NCBI GenBank assembly: GCA_002269645.1
Contig: NIVC01000173.1
Span: forward strand, 124,001-188,000
Origin: Macrostomum lignano
Lineage: Eukaryota
Direction of reading: 5' to 3'
DNA length: 64,000 nt
A program made the position numbers and the translations under genes. Shown here piece by piece: positions 1 to 12,900 of the stretch. The notes beneath the pieces were generated by a model that saw nothing but the letters and a program-made list of their open reading frames with translations, had not been told where the DNA came from and did no database searches. Numbering within the stretch: position 1 is the first letter of the stretch; every line of letters begins with the position of its first letter.

Positions 1-788
1 CCAACCGCGCCCATTTTGGACCCCCCTCCCCCCTCGAGCTGACTGGCAGAATCTGCATTATGTAGTCTAGAGACCTACTAGCTATGAACACAATTTTAGA
101 TCGTAAATATCAAATTGGGGCTTTTGTGCTCGGGTTTGAGCAGTTTAAGACTGCTGGGGGTGTGCGTCTTAGAGTGAGGCTCAGACCATGGCAACAGTTG
201 TCTCTCTCTCTCCTTCTCTCTTACTTTGGGGTCATCTGCTTTCTTTCTTTCTTTCTTTCTTTCTATTTACTCTCTCGGCCTCTCTCACCCTCATCCTTAC
301 TCCTCCAACCCTTTCTCACCCTTCTCCCTCACCTTCCTCTCTCACAGTGCTGGGCAAGTTAATCAATTTTTTTAACTCGTTAAAAGTTAAAAAGTTAATT
401 TAATTGCTCCAAAAAAATTAACTGTAACTAGTTAATTATTTAACTTTTGCCCAAAATTTAACTTCTGAAAAGTTAAAAGTTAAAGTTAATAATTCCCTAA
501 CGGAAAAAGTGACATTTTCCCGGACATGTGTTCGGCGTGTTTTTTTTAATTTCAGGTCGGCGCGGCGCGGCTGTGGCCAGGTCGCGGCGCCCTGGGGAGC
601 TTGTCGGGGAATACTCCCCTGGGAATTAGACCGGGGACCCCGGGGAGAAAAAAAGCATTTTTAACTAAATTTTTGCCATTTAAATAAGAAAATTATTCAC
701 AGAAAGCTGATTGAAACTCTGTCTATGCTTTTTTACCGCAAAACTGCTTATTTCAATGTATTATTTCAAACACAACACACGTTTGAAT

Positions 789-958
789 GGGGGGGGGGTT
801 CATAAGACCGAAATTCACAACGCCGAAACACCATACTTCACAAGACCGAAACTTCATAAGACCGAAATTTCACATCGTAGAAAACTTTACAATAAGGATT
901 GTATTGCATGCAGAATTTTTGGCGTTGTGAAATTTCGGTCTTATGAAATTAGCGACCC
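789..958. mobile_element. Small MITE with GGG...CCC termini and 8-bp TSD, nested in the hAT element
   Basis: TSD gtttgaat at 781-788 and 959-966. Inverted arms ttcataagaccgaaattcacaacgcc / ggcgttgtgaaatttcggtcttatgaa. Confidence 0.75.
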
Positions 959-1245
959 GTTTGAATGTTTTTTTCACTATGAGTCTTTCAATCAAGCAAA
1001 TTGAACGTACGAGCGTAGAAACCCATCAGGAAAAAGAAGCCTTACTGACTATTGTGTTGGTCTGCGTTGACGGCTTGACACATTTGACGCAGGCACAGCG
1101 CCATATCCTGCGTCAGTCACTGACGCATAGGGGGGTATCATACAATAACAAAATACTCCGTATTAGACAGGACAAAATGGTGATTTATTTGTATCTGCAA
1201 GAAGTTAAAATTTCGATTATAAAAACAGTCTCATTCATTAATTAT

Positions 1246-1375
1246 CCTCCCACGAGTGCAGCTGCTGAGTATGCATTTTCCGCCTCCGGAGTCTGGACCC
1301 TTTCTGATAAAGGTGCGCGCACGATTTGGTGATGCCACGTTGTCAAATACAGTTTTAAACAAACATTGCCTTAAG
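1246..1375 (+). pseudogene. Frameshifted remnant of a hAT transposase C-terminal dimerisation domain
   Basis: Reads PPTSAAAEYAFSASG then, in another frame, KVRARFGDATLSNT, resembling the hATC motif P.TS...ER.FS..G...K.R.RL.D..L. A second hAT-like end (ccccggggaatcgacatcccta) lies at ~1545-1569. Confidence 0.6.
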
Positions 1376-1989
1376 TTTTTACCCTTGCGCCTTGAACATG
1401 TAGTCCATCCAAAGCTTTAATCAAAGTTTAAAAAATGCCACTTAGTGACTTATAAAGATCTAAGTTATCCGCCGTTTTTTACTTATTTTTTTCCCCGGGG
1501 TCCCCGGGGAATGACAGTAAATTCCCCGGGTCCCCGATAAGAAAATTCCCCGGGGAATCGACATCCCTATGTACAACGATAACTTATAGTAGTGCTTGGG
1601 TAGAATATCAATAGATAATAGTTGAAGATTCCAGAATCTTCCGGAATATTCTATACATTATAACTTGTAACTGAAATATATACATGTAATAGTAGTTTGT
1701 GACGCGTTAAATAATGCTTAGAAAGGCGAAGTTATTTTATGTATGTATTAATTTTACTTTTTAATGGCATACAAGCTGTTGAAACCCGCGGATTTTGAAC
1801 CCGGGGAACTCCATTTCCCGGAATTATTAACTTTTGTCATTTAACTTTAACTTCAGAAAAAAATTAACGATTTTTGTTAACTAGTTAATACATAAAAAAT
1901 TTAACGAAAATTTAACGATTTTTTTAAAAATTTAACTAGTTAATTAACTAGTTAAACAATTAACTAGTTAACGCCCAGCACTGCTCTCT

Positions 1990-2597
1990 CACCCTCCCTA
2001 CTATCCCTCTTTCTCCCTCCATCTTTTACCATCACTCATTCACCACTCTCTTTCTCCCTCCTTTCTCCCTCCCTCTTTCACCCTCCCTCTTTCACCTTCC
2101 CTCTTCCACCCAACCCTTTTCACCCTCCCTCTTTCACCACCTTCTTTCACCCTCCCCCATTCACCTTCCCTCTTCCACCCTCCCTCTTTCACCCTCCCTC
2201 TTTCACCACCTTCTTTCACCCTCCCCCATTCACCCTCCCTCTTCCACCCTCCCTCTTTCACCCTCCCTCTTTCACCCTCCCTTTTTCACCCTCCCTCTCT
2301 CACCCTCCCCTCTATCACCCTTCCTTCTTTCACCCTCCCCTCTATCACCCTCCCTCTTTCACCTTCCCCTCTTTCACCTTCCCCTCTTTCACCCTCCCTC
2401 TTTCACTTTCCCCTCTATCACCCTCCCTCTTTCACCTTCCCCTCTTTCACCTTCCCCTCTTTCACCCTCCCTCTTTCTCCCTCCCTTTTTCACCCTCCCT
2501 CTCTCACCCTCCCCTCTATCACCCTTCCTTCTTTCACCCTCCCCTCTATCACCCTCCCTCTTTCACCCTCCCCTCTTCCACCCTCCCTCTTTCACCT
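1990..2597. repeat. Pyrimidine-rich minisatellite, ~14-15 bp unit (tttcaccctccctc)
   Basis: Directly visible tandem array. Confidence 0.9.
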
Positions 2598-3775
2598 GAA
2601 ATATTTCGAACATTACAACTAAACTAATTGGCCCAACAATGCCACTGAACGCAAGGCCTTGGCGGTTTCTGCAAGCAATCAAAACCTACATGCATACGCA
2701 TGTTTAAGTTCTACGCAACAATAATGCATGCGGGCTCGACAAAATGAAACATCAAATTTGTCTAACAGGCAACAAATGGTCCAAAATTAGCCATCGCTAA
2801 AATGAATTGTAGGTATAATTATGATACACGCAAACTCCTTATTCTGCATGCTCATTCATTGTCTTCTTTCTATTCGCATTCAGGGCCAGAGAAAGATAAA
2901 TATGCTTTCTAGAATTTTCTTTTGCTATACAAACTTGAGTAAGACAATTTCACCCTACAAGCTCTGAGTGCGTGGTGAGTGGCGCTATCATCTCCTGGGA
3001 AAGAAACTGCATGGCAGTTCATTAGGAACTTGAAAAAATCGTATAAACAGCATAAAAAATCCAGCGAAATGCGCATGCGTCTACTAGATCAAGCATAGTT
3101 AGTAGTGTAATTTGACTTTAACTAATATTCTGTTGTTTAACACTTGGAATTATGACGCTGCAATGATTCATCCCAAAGCATTCTGTACAGTTTTACCTAT
3201 ATATAAGCTGCCTAACTCTAAACCGATCCCCATGTTTTTGGCATTCTGAATGCAGCCACTGCAGATCCTATCCAAGAATTCTTCTCATATATTTATACTA
3301 TACATACATGCAGGCTGGCTTTAGCTGCTGGGTAGAGAAGGCTGTGCAAGGAAGAGGATCGAAGCTGAAAGCAGAAAAGCTGAAGCAGGCAAATTTTTCG
3401 GTTCAACGATCGCCCTCCCCTCCCTAAGGAATTATAGGGGATATGAGTCGAAATTCTGCATGCAATAACATGCAAATCTGCCGCTGAATGTACATGTACC
3501 GCAGATTAGAAGTACAACCCATGTTAGAAACAATTAATGTGTGCATACGTACAGTATATGTACATTAACTGTACCCTGAAGACATAAGAGTTAAACTTGA
3601 ATGCAAATTTCGCATTGAGGTCAAACGTGCGCAGATGTTAGATTAGATGACTGACTGATTAGCGTAAATGCAAACTGTAAATGTACATTCAAAATTTTGT
3701 AGTAGTTTGATGCATTATGAATATGTTTATGTAACAATTGCAGGAGAACTCGACTGTCAACTACCAAAGATTTAT

Positions 3776-4002
3776 TTAGGTTAGAGTTTAGGTTAAAGTT
3801 AGGTTTTAGGTTTAGGGTTAGAGTTATAGGTTAGGATGCTAGGGTTTTAGGTTAGGGTTCGGGTATAGGTTAGTATTGAGTAGCGTTTCAGTTAGGTTAA
3901 GATTGGAGCTTAGGGTTTTAGTTTTAGGGTTTGAGGCTTAGGGTTAGAGCTAGGGTTTAGGTTAGGGCTGCAGATAAATTTAGGTCAAGAATCGGAGTTA
4001 GG
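3776..4002 (+). repeat. Degenerate TTAGGG/TTAGG-like interstitial repeat tract
   Basis: ttagg, ttaggg and tttagggtt variants run over ~225 bp. Confidence 0.7.
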
Positions 4003-5295
4003 TTTTACGTCAAGTTTAGCAACTATAATAAACCGAAATCGCAGCCGATCCATGTACATGTTAACCAATTACTCAATGCCACCTGTATATCTCTATTTTA
4101 TCTTTATCTAAACGCCAGGGACTGGGTGCAGAAAGAGGGCTAAAGAGTGCTAAGCAAGGTGCCCTCAGCCAGTCAATTTGGTGATTTCGGTGTACCGGCT
4201 GGACTCGAGTTAAATTAAATTTCTTACTGAAAGAAGCAACTATTAACTAGCCTACAGGTGCATGATAAAATAAAGGTAAAACATTAAGGCAATCAATCCA
4301 TATCTTTTTCAATCCTGACAAATTGCTGCTGCTATAAACAGTTGTTGAATACAAGTGTGTTCCAATTTGAGTTAATAAACACATATATAATATATTTATC
4401 ATACATACAATGCTACTATACTATTTAAAACAAAACTATCGGTCATACAATTTAAGCTAGATTTAATAACCGCTTACAAAAACACGCACATGCAACGGCA
4501 ATTGATAAAACAACAATTGATGGACAGGCAGTAAACAAATAAGTAAAAAAGCCCCCCCCCATCCCCGGTTTTACATGTTACTCTCTAGCTGACCTCTTCA
4601 AATTCTTAATAATAATGAAACAATTCTCAAGCGTCTGACATGGGCTGTGTAAATAGTAATATGTTAAACTGAAATAATTCCATACAAAAATATGTGTTAT
4701 GCATTAGCCGCACAGTTTAATGTATATTAATGAGTAGGTTGGTGCCATCGTACAGAGAGGACAGTTGCACACACAAAAGACGCAGTGCATGCACAGATTG
4801 ATGCAAACAATAATCATAATAAGTAATAATAAAGAATAACAAGCAAGCAAGCAATAACAGGTAAGCTGAAGAATATGTAGGGCAGGTAATTCATAGATTG
4901 GACTATTTACAGAACACGGCTGGACAGACAGACAGGCAGGCAGATAAACAAGACAAAAACAAATTGGGGACAGCCGAAATTTAAAAACATAACAATCAGT
5001 TAATTCAGTAGACAGAGAAACAGTACACACAAGCACAAGAGACAGGCTGTGTGTGCGCGCTACACCTTCTCCCCCTCTTTCTAGGCTGGTATTCAAATCG
5101 GATAGAAAAATATTCTAATGACAATATTAAAAGTTGAATAATAAATAAGAAATTAATGAAAATATCATAAAAATTATCACAACAATAGCAACGAAGCTCT
5201 AACAATTTGAATAGGCCATCTTTTAAAGCTATTATTAAACAACCAGTTTCGTTGCTATGGCAATGATAACTATTATTATTATTATTGTTCCCCCT

Positions 5296-6130
5296 TCACA
5301 CGGTGGTGACAACAACCAGCAGGTGCGGAGTCTCCGAATTAGGCTGCGGAAACAGATTCGAGTACAGATCGTCAGCGTAGTGCTTCAGCTTGGCCGTGGC
5401 GAACGGGCCGGGCGGGAAGATGTGCACCACGTAAGCTGGTTGCTCCTGGTCGCCGAGATAATTCACGTTCACAATGCCGGCCGCCTGTTTCTCTTGCAGA
5501 TATTTGATGAAGGATTCGCGGAGACTGTGCGTCTGTTTGCGATAATCCTGGGCGTTGATGCCGCAGGCCACAGCTAGCAGCATACAGAACTCGGATTCGT
5601 CAGCCATCTTGCGTTCGACGCCTTCTAGTTGAGTTGGCTCCATGCGCATTCGCTGGACAATTTTCAGCACCCGAGCCTCATCCGGTGCGGCTAATTCCAT
5701 AGCGGATTTGACCAGCGCCTCGCTGCCGAACACAAAGTGCATCTGGACTCCGGCTTCGTCGTTCTTCAACGCCATCTTGCCCTGCCAACGGACCGGATAG
5801 CGACGTAGTAGGCCCTCTAATTGAGACGATTGGGGCGGCGGAGCGGCCTGCGGTTGCGGCTGCTGCTGCTGCGGCGTTGGCGGCGGCTGGTGATGATGCA
5901 GATGGTTCGGCAGCTGGGGCGGCGGTTGCTGCTGCTGCTGCTGGGGCGGCGGCGGCGGCTGCTGCGGCTGTTGCCCTACCGCGCCACCGTTGGGCGGCAA
6001 CAACTGCAGCTGAGGATAGGCGGCAGCCGTGGCGTAGGCCGGATAGAGCAGGTCCTGCCTGTACTGATTGAAGTACTGCATGTACAGCGCTGCCTGTAAT
6101 TGCTGCACCTGCTGATGCTGCTGCTGATGC

Positions 6131-6168
<38 letters not shown>

Positions 6169-6869
6169 CTGCTGCTGCTGCTGCTGTTGCTGTTGCATCA
6201 GCTGATGATTGTAAGCGGCAGCGGCCGCAGCAGCGGTTGGATCAGCGGCGGCACCAACTGGGCCGCCAAGTTGAGAGACCATCGATTGAGGCGGCGGCGG
6301 CGGCGGCTGAGGATGCGGCAGCTGCTGGTGCATTGAAGCGGCAACCTCCGACAGGTTAGACGGAGGCAACGGCACTGGAGGAGGAGGCGGCGGCGGCGGA
6401 GGCGGCGGTTGCAGCAAGATCTCGCCGCCAACAGAAGTAGGCGCGGCCGAAGACACAGCAGCTGGGTGATGATGATGCATTGGCACAGGCATCGAGTGCT
6501 GATGCTTCAAAGCTGTTGTTGGCAGCATGTGAGGCGGCGGCAGGTGCTGCTGCTGCACGGGCCCAGGAGTAGACGAGGACGATTCGTCAATGTGCAAATG
6601 GCGATACTTTTCTCTGTCCATGTATTTGTCTAAATCTACTCGGCCTTCGGTGACGTCTTGAATAATTTCGTCAATATGAAGCAATGCCAAAGCTTCCATT
6701 GGCGGCGGCTGTTTGCGGGCAGGTTTCTGCTTGTGCTGGCTAGCTGATGGAGCGACTGTGCTTGTTGAAGGCGTCGTGGAAGCTGCGGTGACTGTTAAGG
6801 ACGCAGTTGAAGCTGTAACTGCCGCTGAGTTGTTGCTGTTCATGGCCGCGCCAGTCAGACAGATGGTAG

Positions 6870-6904
<35 letters not shown>

Positions 6905-9900
6905 GCTGGGAGCAGCTGAGTCTGGGCAATTGAAGCGGTTGCCGCTTGCAGAACCTGCTGCTGCTGCTGCTGTTGCTGCTGTTGTATCGAAGCGGCGCTG
7001 GACGGTGTCAGAACGTCGTTGAAGGTATTCTCGAGATGCTTCTCCCAGGTCTTATTAGCAGTTGCGGTTGCTGATGGAGTAGCAGCGGTACTCCGGTGCT
7101 GTTGTTGATGCTGATCATGCGCCTGCGCCTGCGCCTGCGTTGTGGTTGTTGGCGGACGAACGGAAATGAGCGAATGCGAGCTCAGCTTGATGGTAGCAGC
7201 CGGGGCGGCGGCGCCATGCTGCTGCTGTTGCTGTTGCTGCTGCAGATGAAGCAAGGCCTCCGAGGTGACCACGGGTGGCTGGGCAATCTTGCCGGCAGTC
7301 ACAAGTGTTGCCGGAGCTGCCGCCGATGATGCAGGAGTAGTCGATGATGTTATCGGCGCTGCGGCAGACGATACAGTTGAAGGCGGCGGCAGTGGAATGA
7401 GCGGCCTCAGATTAATGTGCTGCTGCTGCTGCTGCAGTTCAGCACTCCTAGCCGCAGAGGCAGCCGCAGTTGGTAGCACACTGATAGATGGAAACTGGAA
7501 CTGATGCGACTGCTGCACACTGGCGGCAGAGGAGGAACCAGAGCCGGTCAGAGAGATGTTCGGCTTCTGTATTGACGACGCCGAATGCGGTTGGGCTCGC
7601 TGCTGGCTCAGCTGGGTCAGAGCGTGGGCCGCCGTGGCTTCCAGATCGGACGCCGCGCTGGCAGCGGCGGCTGTTGCGGCAGAAGACAAAGACGACGCGG
7701 AAGAGGATGCCGGCTGCTGTTGCTGCTGCTGTACAGACTGCTGCGGCAGCTTCGGAGATAGAATCCGTTGAGCCGACGGCTTGGCGGCAGCCGAGGCAGC
7801 AGGTTTGGCATCGGTGGCTGCGGCAGCGGCAGCGTCGCTAGCCAAATTCGGCGGTCCCTCATCGTCATCGTCGTCCTCGTCGGTAGACGGTCGGCCGGCC
7901 TGCTGCTCCATCTCGCTGGTGCTGATCCGCTCAATCGGCGGCAGGTAGGGCGCCGGCACGAACGCTTCGTCGTCCTCGTCGTTGTCGTCTTCGACATCGA
8001 CGACGGCAGCTTCGGGCAATAGCTTTCGCTTCTCGGTGACGGAGCACGGGTCGAGCTGGGCCTTGGCCTCGGCAAAGATGTCGGTCAGGCGGGTGACAGA
8101 CCGGCCAGTCTGGGGACTCGACGGCTCGCTAATTGTGTCGGCCAGACTCTCGTGCGTCATCTCTACAGTTGACGGAGTTCGTACGTCTTCCGGCGTAGGC
8201 AGAAAATCGTCTTCGTCGTCGTCTTGATGGCCAACATCCGACTCGCCTGAGGACAGATGGCCGAACACGCTGTCTACCGACATTTTGCCTTTGGCGCCGC
8301 TGCCGGCTGCGAATAGGCGATGCTTCTGCTGTTGTTGTCGGGACTGTCGACGAGCCGATGCTGAGCCTGACGTCGCGGCTTCGCTAGCAGCGGCGGCGGC
8401 GGCCAGCGAAGAGCCCGATGGTACAGCCGATTTTACAGGCGATGGCCGGCCGCTGGCAAAGTGCGCCTGCCGACGGGTGGCCGACGCTGACGTGGCGGAC
8501 GATGACGACGGATGCTGTTGGCGTTCTTTCTTGATAGCGGAGATTGGCTTGGCAGGAGTGGCTAAAGCGGCAACAGGCTTAGGATGCTTGCGCTCGGCGC
8601 CGCTGTCACTGCTGCTGCTGGTGGATCGTTTCTTAATTTTACTGGCTGCAGTCGAAGGCTGCGGTCGCTTCGATCGTTCGCTTCGATCGGAGTTGCTGTC
8701 CGAATCGCTGCCGCTACTGCTGCTGCCGCTATTGCTGCTGCTGTTGCTGGAACAGCTATGGCTGCTGCGAGCACTGGACATGCTCTTCTTGCTACTCCGG
8801 CTGCCAGTGCTGACTGTGCCCGCTGATTTCTTCGGCGTGTGCCGATGCTGATGCTTACGAGCCGGCGTTGAGACAGCAGCCGAGGAGATCGCTGGCGGAG
8901 TTGCAGCCTCCTCCTCATCATCATCATTTTCCATAGCGTCCTCGTTGTCATCGCGGCTAGAATCGCCCTCTTCGTTTGAATCGGAATCCGAATGCTTAGT
9001 CAACGAGCCGCGCATGCTAGGCACCGAGGCCGACGCTTGCAACGATTTCATTCGACGCCGCTTTGAACTCTGCGAACCCGAGCCGCTGCCGCGGTCTCTT
9101 CTGCGCTCCTTCGACGATGCAGAGTTAGTAGCACCGCCGCCGCCGCCGCCAGGTCTTAGTTGGACATCGGTGGCTCGACCAGCTTGTCGGCGTTTGATCT
9201 TGTCGTACATGGACTCGTAGGGCGACATGGCGGCGAATTCGGCTGCCCAATTAATAGTGGAACTGTTGCTATTGCTAACTACAGACGACTGGCGCACAGT
9301 TGCGGCAGGTTTCCAATCTGCCGAGTCCGAATCCGAGGACGACACGATGGAATTCTTCTTACGCTTGCTAGACACGGTCGAAGGCTTCGGCTGCTGCTGC
9401 TGCTGTTGCGGCCTGCTGCTAGCAGAGTCGGTTGCGGCGTCGACAGAGATTGACTTCTCAAATTTAGTCTTCTTTTTAGCGCTGGCGCCCAACGATTCGT
9501 CAACGCTGCTTAGTCTAGGCGTCTTAGTGGCCGGCCGGGGAGTTGACGAAGACGTCGACGCAGCGGCGGAAGCGGCCGCGGCCGCGGCTGCGGCTTTTTC
9601 TGATTCCCGACGCAATCGGCGTCGCTCCTTTTTTTGAGCGCGTGCGGCCTCTTTGGCTGCTCGACGGGACTCTTCAGACGATGAGGACAATGAGGCGCGC
9701 TGCCGCTGCTGTTGCTGAGGCTCACTAGAAGACACCTTCTCAGTCTTGATGGACGCTTGTGACGCGAGCTGCTGTTGTTGCTGCTGTTGTTGTTGCTGCT
9801 GTTTCCGCTGCTCCTTACCGTGGACAGTGTCGCTAGGCTTAGCTATTGCCGCCGTTTTACCAGCAACAGTTGGCTTCTGCTGCCCGCTGTCCTGACGGCT

Positions 9901-12900
9901 TCGCTCAGGCTGCTGCGGATGCTGCTTCTTCTTGACGGTAGTCGGCGCGGTTGTCAACGCTGATGATGACTGGGTGACGCTGGCAGCAGTCTGTTGCTGC
10001 TGCTGCTGATTATCTGGCTTGAACAACACGTCGGCAATTGAGGGCCGACGCTCGGATTTCACTTTCATCTTTTTAGGCTCGCTAGGCTGATCAGCTAGAG
10101 ACGACGAAGACGAATGATGATGATGATGGTGGTGGTGATCAGGAGTCTTGCGCTTGGCTACATTCTGATTTAACGAATAGGCTGTACTTGTAGCAGCGGC
10201 GGCGGCAGACGACGGCGATATCGATAACGGCTTGCTGTTGGCAACAGCTGGCGATGGAGTTGCCGAAGCAATCGAACTCGGCGTTGGCGGAGGATGCAAC
10301 GGCGACTTTAAAGCGCTCGCCGAAGCAGTGCCGGTTGTCGTAGACGACGACATTGTCGGCATTGTAGTTGTCGCTGTTGGCGATTTCAGTATCGAACGAA
10401 CATTAGGCGACGCAATTTGCGGACTCCAACAGCTGACATGCTGTTGCTGCGGCTGTTGAAACGATGGCGGAGCAACATTCGGCGAGGCGATTGGAACGCC
10501 CGAGGAAGAAGGCGTCGAAGGAATGGACGCCGAAGCGACGCTACTAGGCGTTGCCGTAGTTGCTAACGATGCTGTTAAGCCAATGCTGATAGACAGTGGC
10601 GCCTGATGGTGCATCTGCTGCTGCTCCAATCGCCGAGCATCCTGGGCAAACACTGACGATTTAGCGGACGCAGCCAGCATGCTTTTAACAAAATCGCTAG
10701 TGTCCTGAATTGGCGCTGGCGTAACAGCGCCGCCGATTGCCGGCGACGAGGCTGGAGCGCTGCTGACGCCGCCAGCGGACAGGGCGGGAGACGGCACCGT
10801 GGCTGCGGAAGCAGACGAACTGCAGCCGGTTGATAATGGCAGAGCACTTCCAGGAGCCGAGGAACAAACTGTTGCCGAGGAGGTATTAGTAGCGGCTGCG
10901 GCGGAAACGCACAACGGCGGGAGATTGGTCTCGTTACGTTTCCGTATACGGAATTTACTATAGTCGATAGTTGGCGCACCGCTTGCTGCTGTTACAGTTA
11001 CCGTTGCTGTTGCAGACGCTGCTGTTGCTGCTGCTGCTGCTGTTGGAGTTGCAGAGGACAAGGAAGAGGCGGAGGAAGCAAAAACAGATGATGTAGGCGC
11101 GGAGGAAGACACTGTCGCAGCGGCAGACATCGAGGACAAGGAAGTGGACAGCGTAGAGTAAGAAGTCAAACCGCCTGTAGTCGACAGGGATGCCGACGTA
11201 GTGGGCGGCAGCCTTGTCGGCGCTAATCTAGCATCGATGGCACGGATTCTGGCTTCAACTTCGCGATCCTGCTCGGACTCGAACGTGTCTGGGGAGTGAC
11301 GCCCAGATGCCTGCGTGGTAGCCGCAGCGGCGCTAGAAGTCGCTGACGAAGCCGACGGATGGTGATGATGCGAATGATGATGATGCTGAGAATGGTGATG
11401 ATGCTGATGATGCGCTGAATGAGTCGGCGGCCGCAACGATGCACTGGACGACGAGGAAGGCGGTGGCGGCGGCGGAGGTGGTGGAGGCGGGGGCGGCGGT
11501 GGAGGCGGCGGCGGAGGCGCCGAGGTCTGACTGACTGCGCCGGCGCTTGGCGTCACTAAATCTGTTGAGCGACTGCGCGACACCAGATCCTGCAGCAGGC
11601 GCAGCATAACCTGCTTTTGGTCTGTTGCACCGGCCTTGCTGCTGCTAGTAGCAGGCTGCTGTTGCTGTTGAAGCCTCGGATCCCGGGGTGGCGGCTGGGC
11701 ATCGGGTGCAGCAGCGGACGGCGACGAAGATGACGGGCAACCGTTGGCCGTTCGCCTCTGCTGCTCGTCTATTGAAGAAGCCGAAGCGGAAGCCGATGCT
11801 GCTTCTGTTTCCCGACGAATCTCTTTAATAGCGGCATCAACAGAGGCGGATGCGCAGGCCGAGAATGCGGTGGCGGATGCGGCGGTGGCCACCGAATCGG
11901 CGCTGTCCCGCCTGGCGCGTCGACGCTTCTGACTGGCGTCATCAGAGTCTGAGCTGACTGGACTGTGCTGCAGATGCTGCTTTTGATGTTGCAGCGGCGC
12001 TGCCAGCGGTGCAACAGGCTGTTTGCTGCTGCTGCTATTAGAAGAAGCTTCCAATCCGTCGGCAGTTCTGTAGAATGAAAAATTATGAACAAGAATAATA
12101 ACTAATAAAGTGTAGTATCATATTAATAATTTATTTTAAGAAATCTACTAGCAGCACTTCTAGCCACGGCAGAAATTTGTGTAAACAAAAAAGAGATGTT
12201 ATGAGGTGGGTGAGGTAGGTAAGATTCAACCCAACCAACTCAGTCAGCCCATGCATAAGTTACTCGACACTATTGTACTGCAATGAACACAATAGATTTT
12301 TTGTATAGCCTTCCTTCTCTCTTCTCTCCCTCTCACGCACGCGCGCTATAATTAGTTTTGCCAATATAGACCTCAGCATAGTAAATATACAGGCACAGCA
12401 GAGCCAAAACTAAAACCCCACAATGTGCTTTCTCGTCCGTTCTAACCTAGTCTCCGTCAATCATACAGAAGCTTATTTTAAGAGCTCGGCCTTTCACTAA
12501 CCAATGCTAAAAAACCTATGGCGCTAATACCAGTGGCGCTAAAAACAATGCCATTGGCGCTAATACCAGTGGCGCTTAAACCAATGCTAGTGACGCTAAA
12601 ACCAATGCCCAGTGGCGCTAAAACCAATGCTAGTGACGCTAAAACCAATGCCCAGTGACGCTAAAACCAATGCTAGTGGCGCTAAAACCAAAGCCAGTGG
12701 CGCTCAAACGAATGCCCAGTGGCGCTAAAACCAATGCCCAGTGGCGCTAAAACCAATCCCAGATTCCCAGCGGCAAAAAAAATCTACCTAACCCAACAAA
12801 CTAACCTGTGCCTGGACTCTACAGCGTGGCCGCGTCTCTGGCGTCGAGGCGTTCCGGTCGAACCGCTGCCAGTTCTGTGCCGCTTCTTTCTAGACGAGTT

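Larger units (their letters stand above)
345..1983. mobile_element. Non-autonomous hAT-type DNA transposon (outer element of a nest)
   Basis: 11-bp perfect TIR cagtgctgggc (345-355) / gcccagcactg (1973-1983), flanked by 8-bp direct repeat ctctctca (337-344 and 1984-1991). AT-rich subterminal aagttaa/ttaactt motifs mirror each other at both ends. Confidence 0.85.
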
